Under the pieces are notes generated by a model. The model was not told the DNA's origin. It saw only the letters and a list, made by a program, of their open reading frames with translations, and searched no databases. Made by a program: the position numbers and the translations under genes. A stretch of 64,000 nucleotides of DNA from Bacteroidales bacterium (GTDB lineage Bacteria > Bacteroidota > Bacteroidia > Bacteroidales > UBA932): the NCBI GenBank assembly GCA_017625535.1, contig JAGAKR010000029.1, positions 229-64,228 on the forward strand. The letters run 5' to 3'. This document shows positions 17,974 through 28,434 of the stretch, piece after piece. Every line of letters starts with the position of its first letter. Within the stretch, counting starts at the first letter, position 1.

Positions 17974-20259
17974 CTACTCACCTTTTGGGGCATTGTTGTG
18001 CTCCTTGTGCTCTCTTGGGCCGTTTCCCTCCCTTCTTGAACCTCTGTTGTTGCCTTCTCTCCTTGGACCGCGGTTGTTGTCCCTGCGCTCTCCGCCCTCT
18101 GGTCTTGGACGGCGTACAGGCTCTACATAACCCTCAGGTTTCTCAAGAAGAACCTTGCGTGAAAGTCTCATCTTGCCGGTCTTGGCATCAATCTCAAGGA
18201 GTTTTACCTCAACCTCGTCACCTACGTTAAGTACATCCTCTGTCTTCTCAACTTTCTTCCAGTCAAGCTCAGAGATGTGGAGCAAGCCCTCTTTTCCAGG
18301 AAGGATCTCTACGAATGCACCAAACTCAAGGATAGATACAACTTTACCGTTGTAAACTGTACCAACCTCTGGAACGGTTACAATACCTTTAACCCAAGCA
18401 AGTGCTGCATCCATACTCTCCTTGTTCTCGCCAAAGATGTCAACTACGCCGAATGTCTCGTTGCCCTCTTTAACCTCAGTGATGGTAACGGTTGTACCGG
18501 TCTCCTTCTGGATCTTCTGGATAACCTCACCACCTTTTCCAATGATTGCACCAATGAACTCACCAGGTACCCTCAACTGTACAATTCTTGGAGTATGAGG
18601 TTTGAGCTCAGGTCTTGGCTCGCTGATGGTCTTCATCATCTCACCCATAATGTGCATTCTGCCCTGACGTGCCTGCTCAAGAGCCTTCTCAAGAACCTCG
18701 TATGAAAGGCCGTCAACTTTAATGTCCATCTGGGTTGCTGTGATACCGTCTACTGTACCGGTAACTTTGAAGTCCATATCTCCCAAGTGGTCCTCGTCTC
18801 CAAGGATATCTGAAAGTACAGCATATCTGCCTGTCTTTGAGTCTGAGATAAGACCCATTGCAATACCTGATACAGGTTTCTTTATCTTAACGCCGGCATC
18901 CATAAGTGCAAGTGTACCTGCACAAACTGTAGCCATTGATGATGAACCGTTACTCTCAAGGATATCTGAAACAACGCGTACTGCGTATGGATTCTCCTCT
19001 CCTACTGGAACCATAGGTTTCAAAGCCCTGAATGCAAGGTTACCGTGACCAATCTCCCTGCGGCCTATGCCTCTCTGTGCCTTTGCCTCACCTGTAGAGA
19101 ATGGAGGGAAGTTGTAGTGGAGTACAAATGGCTCTGTGCTCTGTACAAGAACCTCGTCCATCTCCTTCATATCCATCTTGGTACCAAGAGTTACAGTTGT
19201 AAGTGACTGTGTCTCGCCTCTGGTAAAGATTGCCGAACCGTGTGCGCAAGGAAGGTAGTCTACCTCACACCAGATAGGACGTATCTGGGTTGTGCTTCTG
19301 CCGTCGAGACGGATACCCTCATCAAGGATCATATTTCTCATGGCCTCTTTCTCAACATCGTGGAAATAGCGGCCTACCATAAATGCTTTCTCTTCTCTCT
19401 CCTCCTCAGGAATTGTAGCAAGGAACTCCTCGTGTACAGCTGCAAATGCATCGCCTCTCTCGTGCTTGCTTGTACCGCTCTTTGCAATCTCGTAGCATTT
19501 GTTGTAGCAGTACTCACGACAAGCAGCCCTCAATGCCTCATCGTTGGTCTCGTGGCAATACTCCCTCTTCTGGGTTTTGCCAACAGCCTCCATAAGCTCC
19601 AACTGTGCCTGGCACTGTTTCTTTATCTCCTCGTGTGCATATTTGATTGCGCCCAACATAACTGCCTCGCTAACCTCTTTCATCTCACCCTCAACCATCA
19701 TAATGTTGTCTATTGTTGCTGCAACCATAATGTCAAGGTCTGCCTCAGGCATTTTGCTGAAAGGAGGGTTGATGCAGTACTCGCCGTTGATTCTTGCAAC
19801 TCTCACCTCTGAAATAGGGCCGTTGAACGGAATGTCACTCACTGCAATTGCTGCAGAAGCTGCCAATCCTGCAAGTGCATCAGGCTGGATATCCCTCTCT
19901 GCCGAAATAAGGTTTACTGTAACGAATACCTCTGCGTGGAAATCATCAGGGAAAAGAGGTCTCAATGCACGGTCAATAAGACGTGCAACAAGAATCTCTG
20001 AATCTGAAGCCTTGCCCTCACGTTTCATGAAACCGCCAGGGAATCTTCCTGCAGATGCAAATTTCTCTTTGTAATCTACCTGCAAAGGCATGAAGTCAAC
20101 ATCATCTTTTGCATCTTTTGCACAGGTTACAGCAGCAAGAAGCATAGTCTTGCCCATTTTTACCACTACAGAACCATCGGCCTGTTTTGCCAATTTACCT
20201 GTTTCAATCTCAATTGTTCTGCCATCACTAAGTTGGATGGTCTTTTTAACTACATTCAT
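17974..20259 (-). CDS. pnp: Polyribonucleotide nucleotidyltransferase (PNPase) with an Arg/Gly/Asn-rich C-terminal tail
   Basis: The 761-aa product has two RNase PH domains, KH ([15 protein letters not shown]) and S1 ([27 protein letters not shown]). A further 49 residues follow the S1 domain. Confidence 0.97.
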   Translation of the reverse strand: MNVVKKTIQLSDGRTIEIETGKLAKQADGSVVVKMGKTMLLAAVTCAKDAKDDVDFMPLQVDYKEKFASAGRFPGGFMKREGKASDSEILVARLIDRALRPLFPDDFHAEVFVTVNLISAERDIQPDALAGLAASAAIAVSDIPFNGPISEVRVARINGEYCINPPFSKMPEADLDIMVAATIDNIMMVEGEMKEVSEAVMLGAIKYAHEEIKKQCQAQLELMEAVGKTQKREYCHETNDEALRAACREYCYNKCYEIAKSGTSKHERGDAFAAVHEEFLATIPEEEREEKAFMVGRYFHDVEKEAMRNMILDEGIRLDGRSTTQIRPIWCEVDYLPCAHGSAIFTRGETQSLTTVTLGTKMDMKEMDEVLVQSTEPFVLHYNFPPFSTGEAKAQRGIGRREIGHGNLAFRALKPMVPVGEENPYAVRVVSDILESNGSSSMATVCAGTLALMDAGVKIKKPVSGIAMGLISDSKTGRYAVLSDILGDEDHLGDMDFKVTGTVDGITATQMDIKVDGLSYEVLEKALEQARQGRMHIMGEMMKTISEPRPELKPHTPRIVQLRVPGEFIGAIIGKGGEVIQKIQKETGTTVTITEVKEGNETFGVVDIFGENKESMDAALAWVKGIVTVPEVGTVYNGKVVSILEFGAFVEILPGKEGLLHISELDWKKVEKTEDVLNVGDEVEVKLLEIDAKTGKMRLSRKVLLEKPEGYVEPVRRPRPEGGERRDNNRGPRREGNNRGSRREGNGPREHKEHNNAPKGE

Positions 20260-20371
20260 TATTATTTAAACATCTCTTGCAGCCCGCCTCTCCCTATGAG
20301 AGTTGGAATTAAACCTTTACAGCACCTTCATCTGCCGCGGGCCGCGTTTGTTGACAGATGAAAATATCGCG

Positions 20372-20379
20372 CAAAGATA
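20372..20379 (-). promoter_or_regulatory. -7 box TATCTTTG upstream of pnp
   Basis: Plus-strand caaagata lies about 113 nt upstream of the pnp ATG, which implies a leader of about 105 nt. Confidence 0.45.
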
Positions 20380-20446
20380 TAAATAAAATGCTATAAGTCA
20401 ACAGATAATATCATCTTCCCTGCAAATCTTCCCCATCCCGCCTGAA

Positions 20447-20481
20447 ACAAAAATCCCCGGCACCTGGGCAGGTCCGGGGAT
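20447..20481 (-). terminator. Rho-independent terminator after glyA
   Basis: A long GC-rich hairpin (atccccgg-c-acctg / caggt-ccggggat) is followed on the minus strand by a T run. Confidence 0.8.
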
Positions 20482-20504
20482 TATGGAATTTTTGTCGGGG
20501 AAGA

Positions 20505-21785
20505 TTACCATGCATTCAATGGTCTGCCAGCCATAAGTTTGTGGGCTGCAGCCTTAACTTCCTCCCTTGTCTGCTCACACTCTGGGTTGCTGAGCACTTT
20601 GTCTACAAGGTCTACGATAATTGGCATATCCTCCTCTTTCAAGCCTCTTGAGGTGATTGCAGGAGTTCCTACGCGGATACCTGAAGTCTGGAATGGTGAG
20701 CGGCTGTCGAACGGAACCATGTTCTTGTTTACTGTAATGTCTGCAGAAACAAGGGCCTTCTCAGCAACTTTACCTGTAAGTTCAGGGAATTTGGTTCTCA
20801 GGTCAATCAACAGCAGGTGGTTGTCTGTACCACCAGAAACAACTTTGTAACCTTTTGCCATAAATGCCTCGCCCATAGCTGCAGCATTCTTCTTAACCTG
20901 CATCTGGTACTCTTTGAACTCAGGCTGCATCATCTCATAGAATGAAACTGCCTTTGCAGCAATACAGTGCTCAAGCGGACCACCCTGGATTCCTGGGAAC
21001 ACACTTGAATTGAGTACTGCAGACATCATCTTCACTGCACCTTTTGGAGTCTTTATGCCCCAAGGGTTCTCAAAGTCCTTGCCCATAAGGATGATACCTC
21101 CACGAGGTCCTCTCAAGGTCTTGTGGGTTGTTGAAGTTACAATGTGTGCATATTTTACAGGGTTTTTCAAAAGACCTGCTGCAATAAGTCCTGCAGGGTG
21201 TGCCATATCTACCCAGAAGATTGCGCCTACTTTGTCTGCAATTGCACGCATTCTCTCCCAATCCCACTCTCTTGAGTATGCAGAAGCACCGCCAATGATA
21301 AGTTTTGGTTTGTGCTCAAGTGCCTTCTTCTCCATATCATCGTAGTCTACCATACCGGTCTCCTCGTTGAGTCCGTATGCAACTGCGTTGTAAAGGATAC
21401 CCGAGATGTTTACAGGTGAACCGTGGGTAAGGTGGCCTCCCATAGAGAGGTCCAGTCCCATAAAGGTCTCGCCAGGTTTGATACAAGCTGTCATTACAGC
21501 CATATTTGCCTGTGCACCTGAGTGAGGCTGTACGTTTGCGTACTCTGCGTCAAAAATCTCTTTGAGACGGTCTATTGCCAACTGCTCTATCTGGTCAACA
21601 ACCTCGCAGCCGCCATAGTATCTTGCACCGGGATAACCCTCTGCATATTTGTTTGTACATACAGAACCCAAAGCCTCAAGCACCTGGTTTGAGACAAAGT
21701 TCTCAGAGGCTATCAACTCAATGCCATTAAGCTGTCTGTTTTCCTCCTGTTTGATAAGGTCTAGAATCTGAACGTCTTTTTTCAT
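20505..21785 (-). CDS. glyA: Serine hydroxymethyltransferase
   Basis: The start was chosen at [15 protein letters not shown] (ATG at 21785), giving 426 aa. The PLP-lysine region is [15 protein letters not shown]. Confidence 0.96.
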   Translation of the reverse strand: MKKDVQILDLIKQEENRQLNGIELIASENFVSNQVLEALGSVCTNKYAEGYPGARYYGGCEVVDQIEQLAIDRLKEIFDAEYANVQPHSGAQANMAVMTACIKPGETFMGLDLSMGGHLTHGSPVNISGILYNAVAYGLNEETGMVDYDDMEKKALEHKPKLIIGGASAYSREWDWERMRAIADKVGAIFWVDMAHPAGLIAAGLLKNPVKYAHIVTSTTHKTLRGPRGGIILMGKDFENPWGIKTPKGAVKMMSAVLNSSVFPGIQGGPLEHCIAAKAVSFYEMMQPEFKEYQMQVKKNAAAMGEAFMAKGYKVVSGGTDNHLLLIDLRTKFPELTGKVAEKALVSADITVNKNMVPFDSRSPFQTSGIRVGTPAITSRGLKEEDMPIIVDLVDKVLSNPECEQTREEVKAAAHKLMAGRPLNAW

Positions 21786-21842
21786 ATTGTTATAAGTGTT
21801 TGAATCTGTTGTTCTTTTGTGCCGTTTTACGCACATCAAAGA

Positions 21843-21850
21843 CAAATATA
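21843..21850 (-). promoter_or_regulatory. -7 box TATATTTG upstream of glyA
   Basis: Plus-strand caaatata lies 58 nt upstream of the ATG at 21785 and inside the longer ORF-track extension. Confidence 0.5.
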
Positions 21851-21962
21851 ATCATTTTGCCTTATATTTCTCAATTTTTTATCTCTTTGTCATTTCGCAT
21901 TTTATCCACATCTTTGCAGGGGGTTGCAGAGCGCATTCTGCAGCCATAAATTGTTTTTTGGG

Positions 21963-22532
21963 ATGCATAGAAAATTAAAGAACAACGAACTTGGCAGACT
22001 CACCACAGAGGAGTTCAAGGAGGCGGGCAAAATTGGGGTTACGGTGGTTCTTGACAATATCCGCAGCCAGCACAACATAGGTGCCGCATTCAGGACATCA
22101 GATTCTTTCCTCATAGAGAAAATCATCCTGTGCGGATGCTGCGCCACACCGCCTACCGCAGAAATTCACAAATCTGCCCTGGGTGCAGAATTCTCAGTGG
22201 ACTGGGAATATGTAAAGGAGACAACAGATGCAATAAGGGAACTCAAGGATGCAGGTTACACCATTGTAAGCATTGAGCAGGCAGAAAATTCAATAAAACT
22301 GCAGCATATAGAGAGATATCTTCATCCCGACAGTTCTTCCAAAGATTCATCGGGAAGAAAATATGCCCTGGTATTCGGCAATGAGGTGAAGGGGGTACAG
22401 CAGGAGGTTGTGGATATGAGTGATGCCGTTATAGAGATTCCCCAGTTCGGCACCAAACACTCCCTCAACATATCGGTTTCCCTGGGAATTGTATTGTGGG
22501 AATTCTGCAAGAATCTGAAGATAAACAGATAA
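21963..22532 (+). CDS. SpoU/TrmH-family RNA 2'-O-methyltransferase
   Basis: The start was chosen at MHRKLKNNE. SPOUT motifs are present: NIGAAFRTSD, ALVFGNEVKGV and IPQFGTKHSLNISVSLGIVLWE. Confidence 0.85.
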   Translation: MHRKLKNNELGRLTTEEFKEAGKIGVTVVLDNIRSQHNIGAAFRTSDSFLIEKIILCGCCATPPTAEIHKSALGAEFSVDWEYVKETTDAIRELKDAGYTIVSIEQAENSIKLQHIERYLHPDSSSKDSSGRKYALVFGNEVKGVQQEVVDMSDAVIEIPQFGTKHSLNISVSLGIVLWEFCKNLKINR

Positions 22533-22535
22533 AGA

Positions 22536-22570
22536 AATCCCCCGCCTCAATGGCAGGGGATTATTCTTTG
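22536..22570. terminator. Bidirectional terminator between the TrmH-like gene (+) and the TPR gene (-)
   Basis: The hairpin aatcccc(c)gcc / ggc(a)ggggatt is flanked by T-rich sequence on both strands. Confidence 0.65.
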
Positions 22571-22590
22571 ATATTGTATACTCATCCGCA

Positions 22591-22890
22591 TCACGGATTG
22601 AGCATATCTGTATTCCTGAAGTTCAGAATCTCGTAAATTGATTCTATTGCAACTGCTGCAGGACCGTCGGGATCTATCATTTTTGCCTGGTTGTAGGCAT
22701 TGATTGCCTCCCCCCACAACTGCTGCCTGCGGTAAATACCACCCAAGAGGTACCAGCCATATGCATTCCTGGGCTCTGCCTCAAGGAGTGCGTTCAACTG
22801 TGAGTATGCCTCTTCCACCTTGCTCTCCCTAAGGAGCGCCTCTATTTCAAGAGTTGTAAGGATTTGTGATATTGCCTTCTTTTTCTCCAT
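22591..22890 (-). CDS. Small tetratricopeptide-repeat protein
   Basis: The 99-aa product contains the TPR-like segment AYGWYLLGGIYRRQQLWGEAINAYNQA. It is the last gene of the rnf block. Confidence 0.7.
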   Translation of the reverse strand: MEKKKAISQILTTLEIEALLRESKVEEAYSQLNALLEAEPRNAYGWYLLGGIYRRQQLWGEAINAYNQAKMIDPDGPAAVAIESIYEILNFRNTDMLNP

Positions 22891-22910
22891 AAATACAGTT
22901 TTGTTGCAGT

Positions 22911-23510
22911 TTATACCAATCCAGAGAATCCCATGAATGCCATTGCAAGGATACCTGCGGTAACCAATGCAATTGGAACACCCTTCATTGCCTTAGGAAC
23001 ACTGTTAAGGTCCAATTGTTCTCTAAGACCTGCAAAAAGTGTCATTGCAAGGCCAAAGCCAAGTGCACTTGCAATTGCATACACTACTGAACCGGCAAGG
23101 TTGAGCATATGAGGCTCGCCACCGAATGTGAACTCTTTGGAAACCACAAGGATAGCCACACCAAGTACGGCACAGTTTGTAGTGATAAGAGGGAGGAAGA
23201 TACCCAAAGCCTGATACAGAGAAGGGCTTATCTTTTTAAGGATGATCTCCACCATCTGCACCAACGCTGCAATTACAAGGATGAATGTGATTGTCTGCAT
23301 GAACTCAATTCCAAGAGGAACCAGCATATAATACTGTACAAGGTATGTAACCAATGTTGCCACTGCCATAACAAAGCAAACTGCGCCACTCATACCCACT
23401 GCTGTAGAAACCTTGTTTGATACGCCCAAGAACGGACACACTCCAAGGAACTGCGCCAACAGGATATTGTTGACAAATACAGCCGAAATGATAATCAATA
23501 TATATTCCAT
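22911..23510 (-). CDS. rnfA: Rnf electron-transport complex subunit A
   Basis: The product is a polytopic membrane protein containing [32 protein letters not shown]. Confidence 0.92.
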   Translation of the reverse strand: MEYILIIISAVFVNNILLAQFLGVCPFLGVSNKVSTAVGMSGAVCFVMAVATLVTYLVQYYMLVPLGIEFMQTITFILVIAALVQMVEIILKKISPSLYQALGIFLPLITTNCAVLGVAILVVSKEFTFGGEPHMLNLAGSVVYAIASALGFGLAMTLFAGLREQLDLNSVPKAMKGVPIALVTAGILAMAFMGFSGLV

Positions 23511-23532
23511 ATCTATTCTCTTTAAGTGTTAA

Positions 23533-24114
23533 TTATTTTGCTTTTGCCTTGTTGAACAACATCATAAGGTAACCGAGTACAAGGAATGCACCAGGTGCCA
23601 ATACAAATGCCAACATACCGTCACCGTCGCAAAGTTTGTTCCCGAAAATTGAAAGGCCTCCCAACAGCTCCCTTACAAAACCAATTACGGTAAGTGAAAG
23701 TGAGAAACCGAGACCGATACCCAAGCCGTCGCAAGCAGAATCAATTACTGAATTCTTGCATGCGTATGCCTCTGCACGGCCCAATACGATACAGTTTACA
23801 ACAATAAGCGGAATGAACAGACCCAGTGTCTCATAAAGTGCAGGAACATATGCCTGCATTACAAACTGGAGCACTGTTACAAGCGATGCAATGATTACAA
23901 TGTAGCAAGGGATCTTTACCTTTGAAGGTATAAGTGATGCAACAGCCGAAATGAGCATATTGGAAAGCACCAGCACAAATGTAGTTGCAAGTCCCATTCC
24001 CAAGCCGTTTATTGCAGAAGTGGTTGTTCCCAATGTAGGGCACATACCCAAAACAAGTACAAAGGTTGGATTGTCTTTAATCAGACCTTTTGTTATCAAA
24101 CTAAGCTTACTCAT
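23533..24114 (-). CDS. rnfE: Rnf electron-transport complex subunit E
   Basis: The sequence NPTFVLVLGMCPTLGTTTSAINGLGMGLATTFVL identifies the subunit. The ATG at 24114 (MSKLSL) is preferred over the upstream GTG. Confidence 0.9.
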   Translation of the reverse strand: MSKLSLITKGLIKDNPTFVLVLGMCPTLGTTTSAINGLGMGLATTFVLVLSNMLISAVASLIPSKVKIPCYIVIIASLVTVLQFVMQAYVPALYETLGLFIPLIVVNCIVLGRAEAYACKNSVIDSACDGLGIGLGFSLSLTVIGFVRELLGGLSIFGNKLCDGDGMLAFVLAPGAFLVLGYLMMLFNKAKAK

Positions 24115-24115
24115 A

Positions 24116-24715
24116 TTAATTCTGTTGAGCCTCCCCACTCTTGTTTATGTTAAGGAAAGCATTGTACGCATTGTTCAGGACATCAATATATGCCCTTGAA
24201 GTGATAGTAGATGCTGTAATTGCATCAAAGCTGCCGCCATCTTTCTTTACTGCAAACTTGAATGATGGGTCTGCAGGATTTGCACCCTGGAACTGGGTTA
24301 CAAAATGGCTCTCAGACTCAGAAATCTTTGCGCCCAAGCCTGGAGTTTCAGCATGTGAGATTACAGATGTGTTCACAATGGTTCCGTCTGGTTTGAAACC
24401 TACCATAAGGGTGATGTTTCCGCCAAAACCTGCTGATGAAGATGCCTCAATTGCATAACCTACAACCTCTCCACCTTTCTTTGCAGGGTATACTGTTGCC
24501 TGCTTACCGTTTGCCTCAACTGTAAACTTTTCAGCAGAAGGGGCATTGTCAAACTCCGGAACAACGCCACCGATGGCAGCATTGATTTTTGCTGTCTGGG
24601 CAGCCTCAATAGGCTCTTTTGTAAGAGCATATAACCCTCCCAACACTGCAGCAGCAACCAGACATACTGCAAAAAGGGTTACAACCATATTGGTAAATGT
24701 TGATTCTCTAGCCAT
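24116..24715 (-). CDS. rnfG: Rnf electron-transport complex subunit G (FMN-binding)
   Basis: The product has an N-terminal TM helix, an FMN_bind-like domain and the flavinylation-type motif DAITASTITS. Confidence 0.9.
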   Translation of the reverse strand: MARESTFTNMVVTLFAVCLVAAAVLGGLYALTKEPIEAAQTAKINAAIGGVVPEFDNAPSAEKFTVEANGKQATVYPAKKGGEVVGYAIEASSSAGFGGNITLMVGFKPDGTIVNTSVISHAETPGLGAKISESESHFVTQFQGANPADPSFKFAVKKDGGSFDAITASTITSRAYIDVLNNAYNAFLNINKSGEAQQN

Positions 24716-25707
24716 TATTTTGCCTCCTTACCGAATCTTTTAGGTTTACAGAACATATTGATTAGAGGAACTGTAGCATTCATGATTAGAATTGCAAACG
24801 AGATACCCTCCGGATAAGCACCGAACTCACGGATGAGGATTGTAATGATACCTATGCCCACACCAAAGATTATCATACCTTTAGGCTCCATTGGGGAGGT
24901 AACGTAATCTGTTGCCATAAAGATTGAACCAAGCAACATACCACCGGTAAGCAGGTTGAAAATAGGATCTGTGAACTGCTCTGGGTTGCACAACCAAAGA
25001 ATTCCCGAGAATACTATAACTGTACCCCAGATTGAAAGGGTGATGTGCGGTCTTATTACCCTTCTTACAAGCAGATAAACAAAACCAAGAAGAAGTGCAA
25101 TTGCAGAAATCTCACCTGCAGAACCTATTCTGGTGAAAAGCATCTCTGCGTATGAGAAATTGTGCTCAGCATAAATCTGGCTCAAAGTCATTCCCTGTGC
25201 AAGGCCCTCTTTTACAATTCCAAGAGGAGTTGCACCTGAAACACCGTCAAACTCAAATCCGAAAGTTGATGCAGGGGTGCTCCAGTCTGTCATTATTACA
25301 GGGAACGAGATAAGCAGGAATACACGGCCTACAAGTGCAGGGTTGAAAAGATTCTGGCCAAGACCGCCGAAAGTCATCTTTGCAACACCAATGGCAACAA
25401 TTGAACCGATTACCAAAACCCACCAAGGAGTGTTGATTGGAACGTTGAGTGCCAAGAGAAGACCTGTAATCACTGCAGAATAGTCACAAACTGTAACTTT
25501 GGTCTTGAGCATATATTTTGCAATCACGTACTCAACGGCAACGCAGGCAAGTACACCAACCAAAGCAAGTTTTAATGCAGACAGGCCAAAGCAATATATT
25601 GAAACCGCTACTGTAGGGAGCAGTGCAATCACCACATCCCTCATTAAGTTTCTGGTATTTTCCTTCCCGTGGATATGTGGAGAAGGTGATACAAGCAGTT
25701 TTTTCAT
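24715..25707 (-). CDS. rnfD: Rnf electron-transport complex subunit D
   Basis: The product is a polytopic membrane protein carrying the GVSGATPLG motif. Confidence 0.92.
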   Translation of the reverse strand: MKKLLVSPSPHIHGKENTRNLMRDVVIALLPTVAVSIYCFGLSALKLALVGVLACVAVEYVIAKYMLKTKVTVCDYSAVITGLLLALNVPINTPWWVLVIGSIVAIGVAKMTFGGLGQNLFNPALVGRVFLLISFPVIMTDWSTPASTFGFEFDGVSGATPLGIVKEGLAQGMTLSQIYAEHNFSYAEMLFTRIGSAGEISAIALLLGFVYLLVRRVIRPHITLSIWGTVIVFSGILWLCNPEQFTDPIFNLLTGGMLLGSIFMATDYVTSPMEPKGMIIFGVGIGIITILIREFGAYPEGISFAILIMNATVPLINMFCKPKRFGKEAK

Positions 25708-25736
25708 TTTATTTACTAGTTTAATAAGTGTCTGAA

Positions 25737-27068
25737 TTATTTTTTAGGACGGCTACGCATTATCTTCATTACATCAGCCTTAGCCAATCTGATGGTACCA
25801 AGAAGCGGAATATATGCAGGACAAGTGAACTGGCAGCAGCCGCACTCAATACAGTCATATATCTTGTTTGCCTCAAGGTCGTCCATACGGCGGGCTTTTG
25901 CAAGCTTGTTGAGCAGATATGGCTCAAGTCCCATAGGACAAGCCTCAATACATTTGCCGCATCTGATACAGTTGCTCTCCTCTTTTCTCTTTGTCTGCTC
26001 CTCAGTAAGGAACAATACAGATGAAGAACCTTTGAGAGTAGGGGCATCAAGGTTGGCAATTGCCTTACCCATCATAGGACCGCCGCTGATGACTTTTGCA
26101 GCAGCCTCAGGAACACCGCCTACAGCCTCAATGATTTTTGAAAGAGGGGTACCTACCCTGTGCTTGTAGTTCTTCTGCTGAGGACAGCACTCACCTGTTA
26201 CGGTAAGGATACCCTCAAACAGAGGTTTGTTCTTCTGTACAGCCTCGTAAACTGCAAGTGCAGTACCCACGTTCTGTACAACGGCACCGGTATCAATAGG
26301 AAGACCCATTGAAGGAACCTTTCTGCCTACTACAGCATCAATCAGCTGTTTCTCACCACCCTGCGGATATTTCTTCTTAAGGGTAACTATCTTTATCTGA
26401 GGATAGCCTTTTGCTTTCTCTGTCATCACCTTTATGGCCTCAGGCTTGTTCTCCTCAATGCCAATGAAACCCTGGGTAACGTTAAGTGCCTTCATCATAA
26501 TTGCAGCACCAATGAGAACCTGCTCAGGCATCTCAATCAGAACCCTGTAGTCTGATGTAAGGTAAGGCTCACACTCTGCACCGTTGATGATGAGGAACTC
26601 AGCCTTTTTGCCTGGAGGAGGTGAAAGTTTTACGTTTGTAGGGAATGTTGCACCACCCAAACCTACTATACCGCACTCCTTAATCTTCTCAATAATCTCT
26701 TTTGAATCAAGTTTGATCTCTTTCTCAATCTTGTCCGAGCGGTCAATTGTCTCAACCCACTCATCACCCTCAACTGTAATTACAACAGCCTTGCAAGGGT
26801 TGCCGGCAAGATCAAAAACAGTCTCAATTCCTTTTACTGTTCCCGATACACTTGAGTGTACTGGAGCAGAGATGAATCCATTTGCATTTGCAATCAGCTG
26901 TCCTACCTTCACTTTGTCTCCAGGAGCAACTATAGGCTCTGCAGGAGCACCAAGATGTTGCCCCATTGAGATATAGGCAACTTCAGGAATCGGGAAGCTC
27001 TCAATTGCAGCGTTTGCAGATATTTTACTGTCGTGTGGATGAACTCCACCTATTGAAAACGTCTTCAT
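25737..27068 (-). CDS. rnfC: Rnf electron-transport complex subunit C
   Basis: The start was chosen at MKTFSIGGVHP (ATG at 27068, 10 nt after the rnfB stop). The sequence has GLGGATFPT and two ferredoxin-type motifs (CIRCGKCIEACP, CIECGCCQFTCP). Confidence 0.93.
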   Translation of the reverse strand: MKTFSIGGVHPHDSKISANAAIESFPIPEVAYISMGQHLGAPAEPIVAPGDKVKVGQLIANANGFISAPVHSSVSGTVKGIETVFDLAGNPCKAVVITVEGDEWVETIDRSDKIEKEIKLDSKEIIEKIKECGIVGLGGATFPTNVKLSPPPGKKAEFLIINGAECEPYLTSDYRVLIEMPEQVLIGAAIMMKALNVTQGFIGIEENKPEAIKVMTEKAKGYPQIKIVTLKKKYPQGGEKQLIDAVVGRKVPSMGLPIDTGAVVQNVGTALAVYEAVQKNKPLFEGILTVTGECCPQQKNYKHRVGTPLSKIIEAVGGVPEAAAKVISGGPMMGKAIANLDAPTLKGSSSVLFLTEEQTKRKEESNCIRCGKCIEACPMGLEPYLLNKLAKARRMDDLEANKIYDCIECGCCQFTCPAYIPLLGTIRLAKADVMKIMRSRPKK

Positions 27069-27078
27069 ATCTGAATCT

Positions 27079-28002
27079 CTATTTTTCCTGGTTAACATTA
27101 TTTTCTACTGGTTTCGCTGCCGGTGCAGGAGCCTCTGCAGGTTTTGCTGCTGGAGCTGCTGGAGCCGCAGGAGCTGCAGGCTTCTCTGGGAAGTTCACTT
27201 TATGGATAGCACCTGTAGGACACTCAGAAACACATTTTGTACATAGTTTACATTTGTTGAAATCTATGTAGGCAACGTTGTTCTCTACTGTAATTGCTCC
27301 AAAAGGACAAACTTTTGCACATTTACCACAACCTATACAAGCCGCCTTACAAGCCTTTCTTGCAACAGCACCCTTGTCCTTGCTTACACAAGATACAAAC
27401 ACCCTCCTGTTCTTAGGGCCCTTGTTCCTGATTTCAATTACGCCCTTAGGACAAGCCTTGGCACAAGCGCCACAAGCAGTACATTTCTCCTCATCCACAA
27501 CAGGAAGGCCTGTCTTTGGATCCATTGACAATGCACCGAAATTACAAACGGCAACACAGTCACCGCAACCTACACAACCATAACGGCAACCTGTATCACC
27601 ACAATAGAGTGCACTTTTGGCTGCACAAGTTGCAACGCCATCATAAATGTTGGTCTTAGGGCGGTTCTCACAGGTACCGTTACATCTTACAACGGCAACC
27701 ATAGGAGCCTTCTCTGCAACCTGGAAGCCAAGAGCATCGGCAACTTTCTTCATGGTTGCATTACCACCAACTGGGCAGAACAAGTTATCCAAGTTCTCAG
27801 CTTTTGTACAAGCCTCGGCAAACGCACGGCATCCTGCCTGGCCGCAACCGCCACAATTGGCGCCCGGCATAATGGCTTCTACAATGTCGATGCGTGGATC
27901 TTCTTCTACCTTGAATTTTTGTGCCACAAAATAAAGCACAACAGCCAGCAAGAGACCCAAAATGCTCAAACTGGCTACGGTAAAGATAATAGTAGTACTC
28001 AT
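27079..28002 (-). CDS. rnfB: Rnf electron-transport complex subunit B (polyferredoxin type) with a Pro/Ala-rich C-terminal tail
   Basis: The product has an N-terminal TM helix, CGGCGQAGCRAF and several CxxCxxCxxxCP motifs. The tail reads PAAPAAPAAPAAKPAEAPAPAAKP. Confidence 0.92.
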   Translation of the reverse strand: MSTTIIFTVASLSILGLLLAVVLYFVAQKFKVEEDPRIDIVEAIMPGANCGGCGQAGCRAFAEACTKAENLDNLFCPVGGNATMKKVADALGFQVAEKAPMVAVVRCNGTCENRPKTNIYDGVATCAAKSALYCGDTGCRYGCVGCGDCVAVCNFGALSMDPKTGLPVVDEEKCTACGACAKACPKGVIEIRNKGPKNRRVFVSCVSKDKGAVARKACKAACIGCGKCAKVCPFGAITVENNVAYIDFNKCKLCTKCVSECPTGAIHKVNFPEKPAAPAAPAAPAAKPAEAPAPAAKPVENNVNQEK

Positions 28003-28431
28003 TTATATATTGTTTTTAGCTATTGTAAACACAAACTTGTCCGCTATTTTATCCCTAAACAAGTATATTACAACATAGTACAGGCATACGGCCAGCAAGG
28101 CGCATCCGCCTGCCTGCAACTCGGTCAGGTCAAATCTTTGCAAAGTTAGTAAAAAAATCAATAGGATAGCCAACGGAATCACATATGAAATCCAAACTGC
28201 CTTGAACCCCATTGATCTTCTCATAACCACCTCAACCTCATCTCCCACAGAATACTCCCCATTGTTGTAATACAGCACGTCAATCACCTTGTCCTTGCTG
28301 TCTCCGGCACTGCAGAACCCTTTTGCATGGCACGCAGCACACATGGATTTGTTTATGATCTCAACTTTTATGTTGCCCTCCTCTATGGATATTATTGTCC
28401 CCCTATGGCTTACCTGCTTTTCCTTTCCCAT
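28003..28431 (-). CDS. RseC/MucC-family (SoxR-reducing-system) membrane protein
   Basis: The 142-aa product has the N-terminal Cys pair CAACHAKGFC and then two TM helices. It lies directly upstream of rnfB. Confidence 0.8.
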   Translation of the reverse strand: MGKEKQVSHRGTIISIEEGNIKVEIINKSMCAACHAKGFCSAGDSKDKVIDVLYYNNGEYSVGDEVEVVMRRSMGFKAVWISYVIPLAILLIFLLTLQRFDLTELQAGGCALLAVCLYYVVIYLFRDKIADKFVFTIAKNNI

Positions 28432-28434
28432 TGC

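Noticed and set aside
27100-27190. A repetitive GCTGC/GCAGG-rich stretch that looks like a tandem repeat
   Set aside because: It lies in frame inside rnfB and encodes the Pro/Ala tail (PAAPAAPAAPAAKPAEAPAPAAKP). It is coding low complexity, not a CRISPR array or non-coding satellite. I saw no spacer-repeat architecture anywhere in the window.
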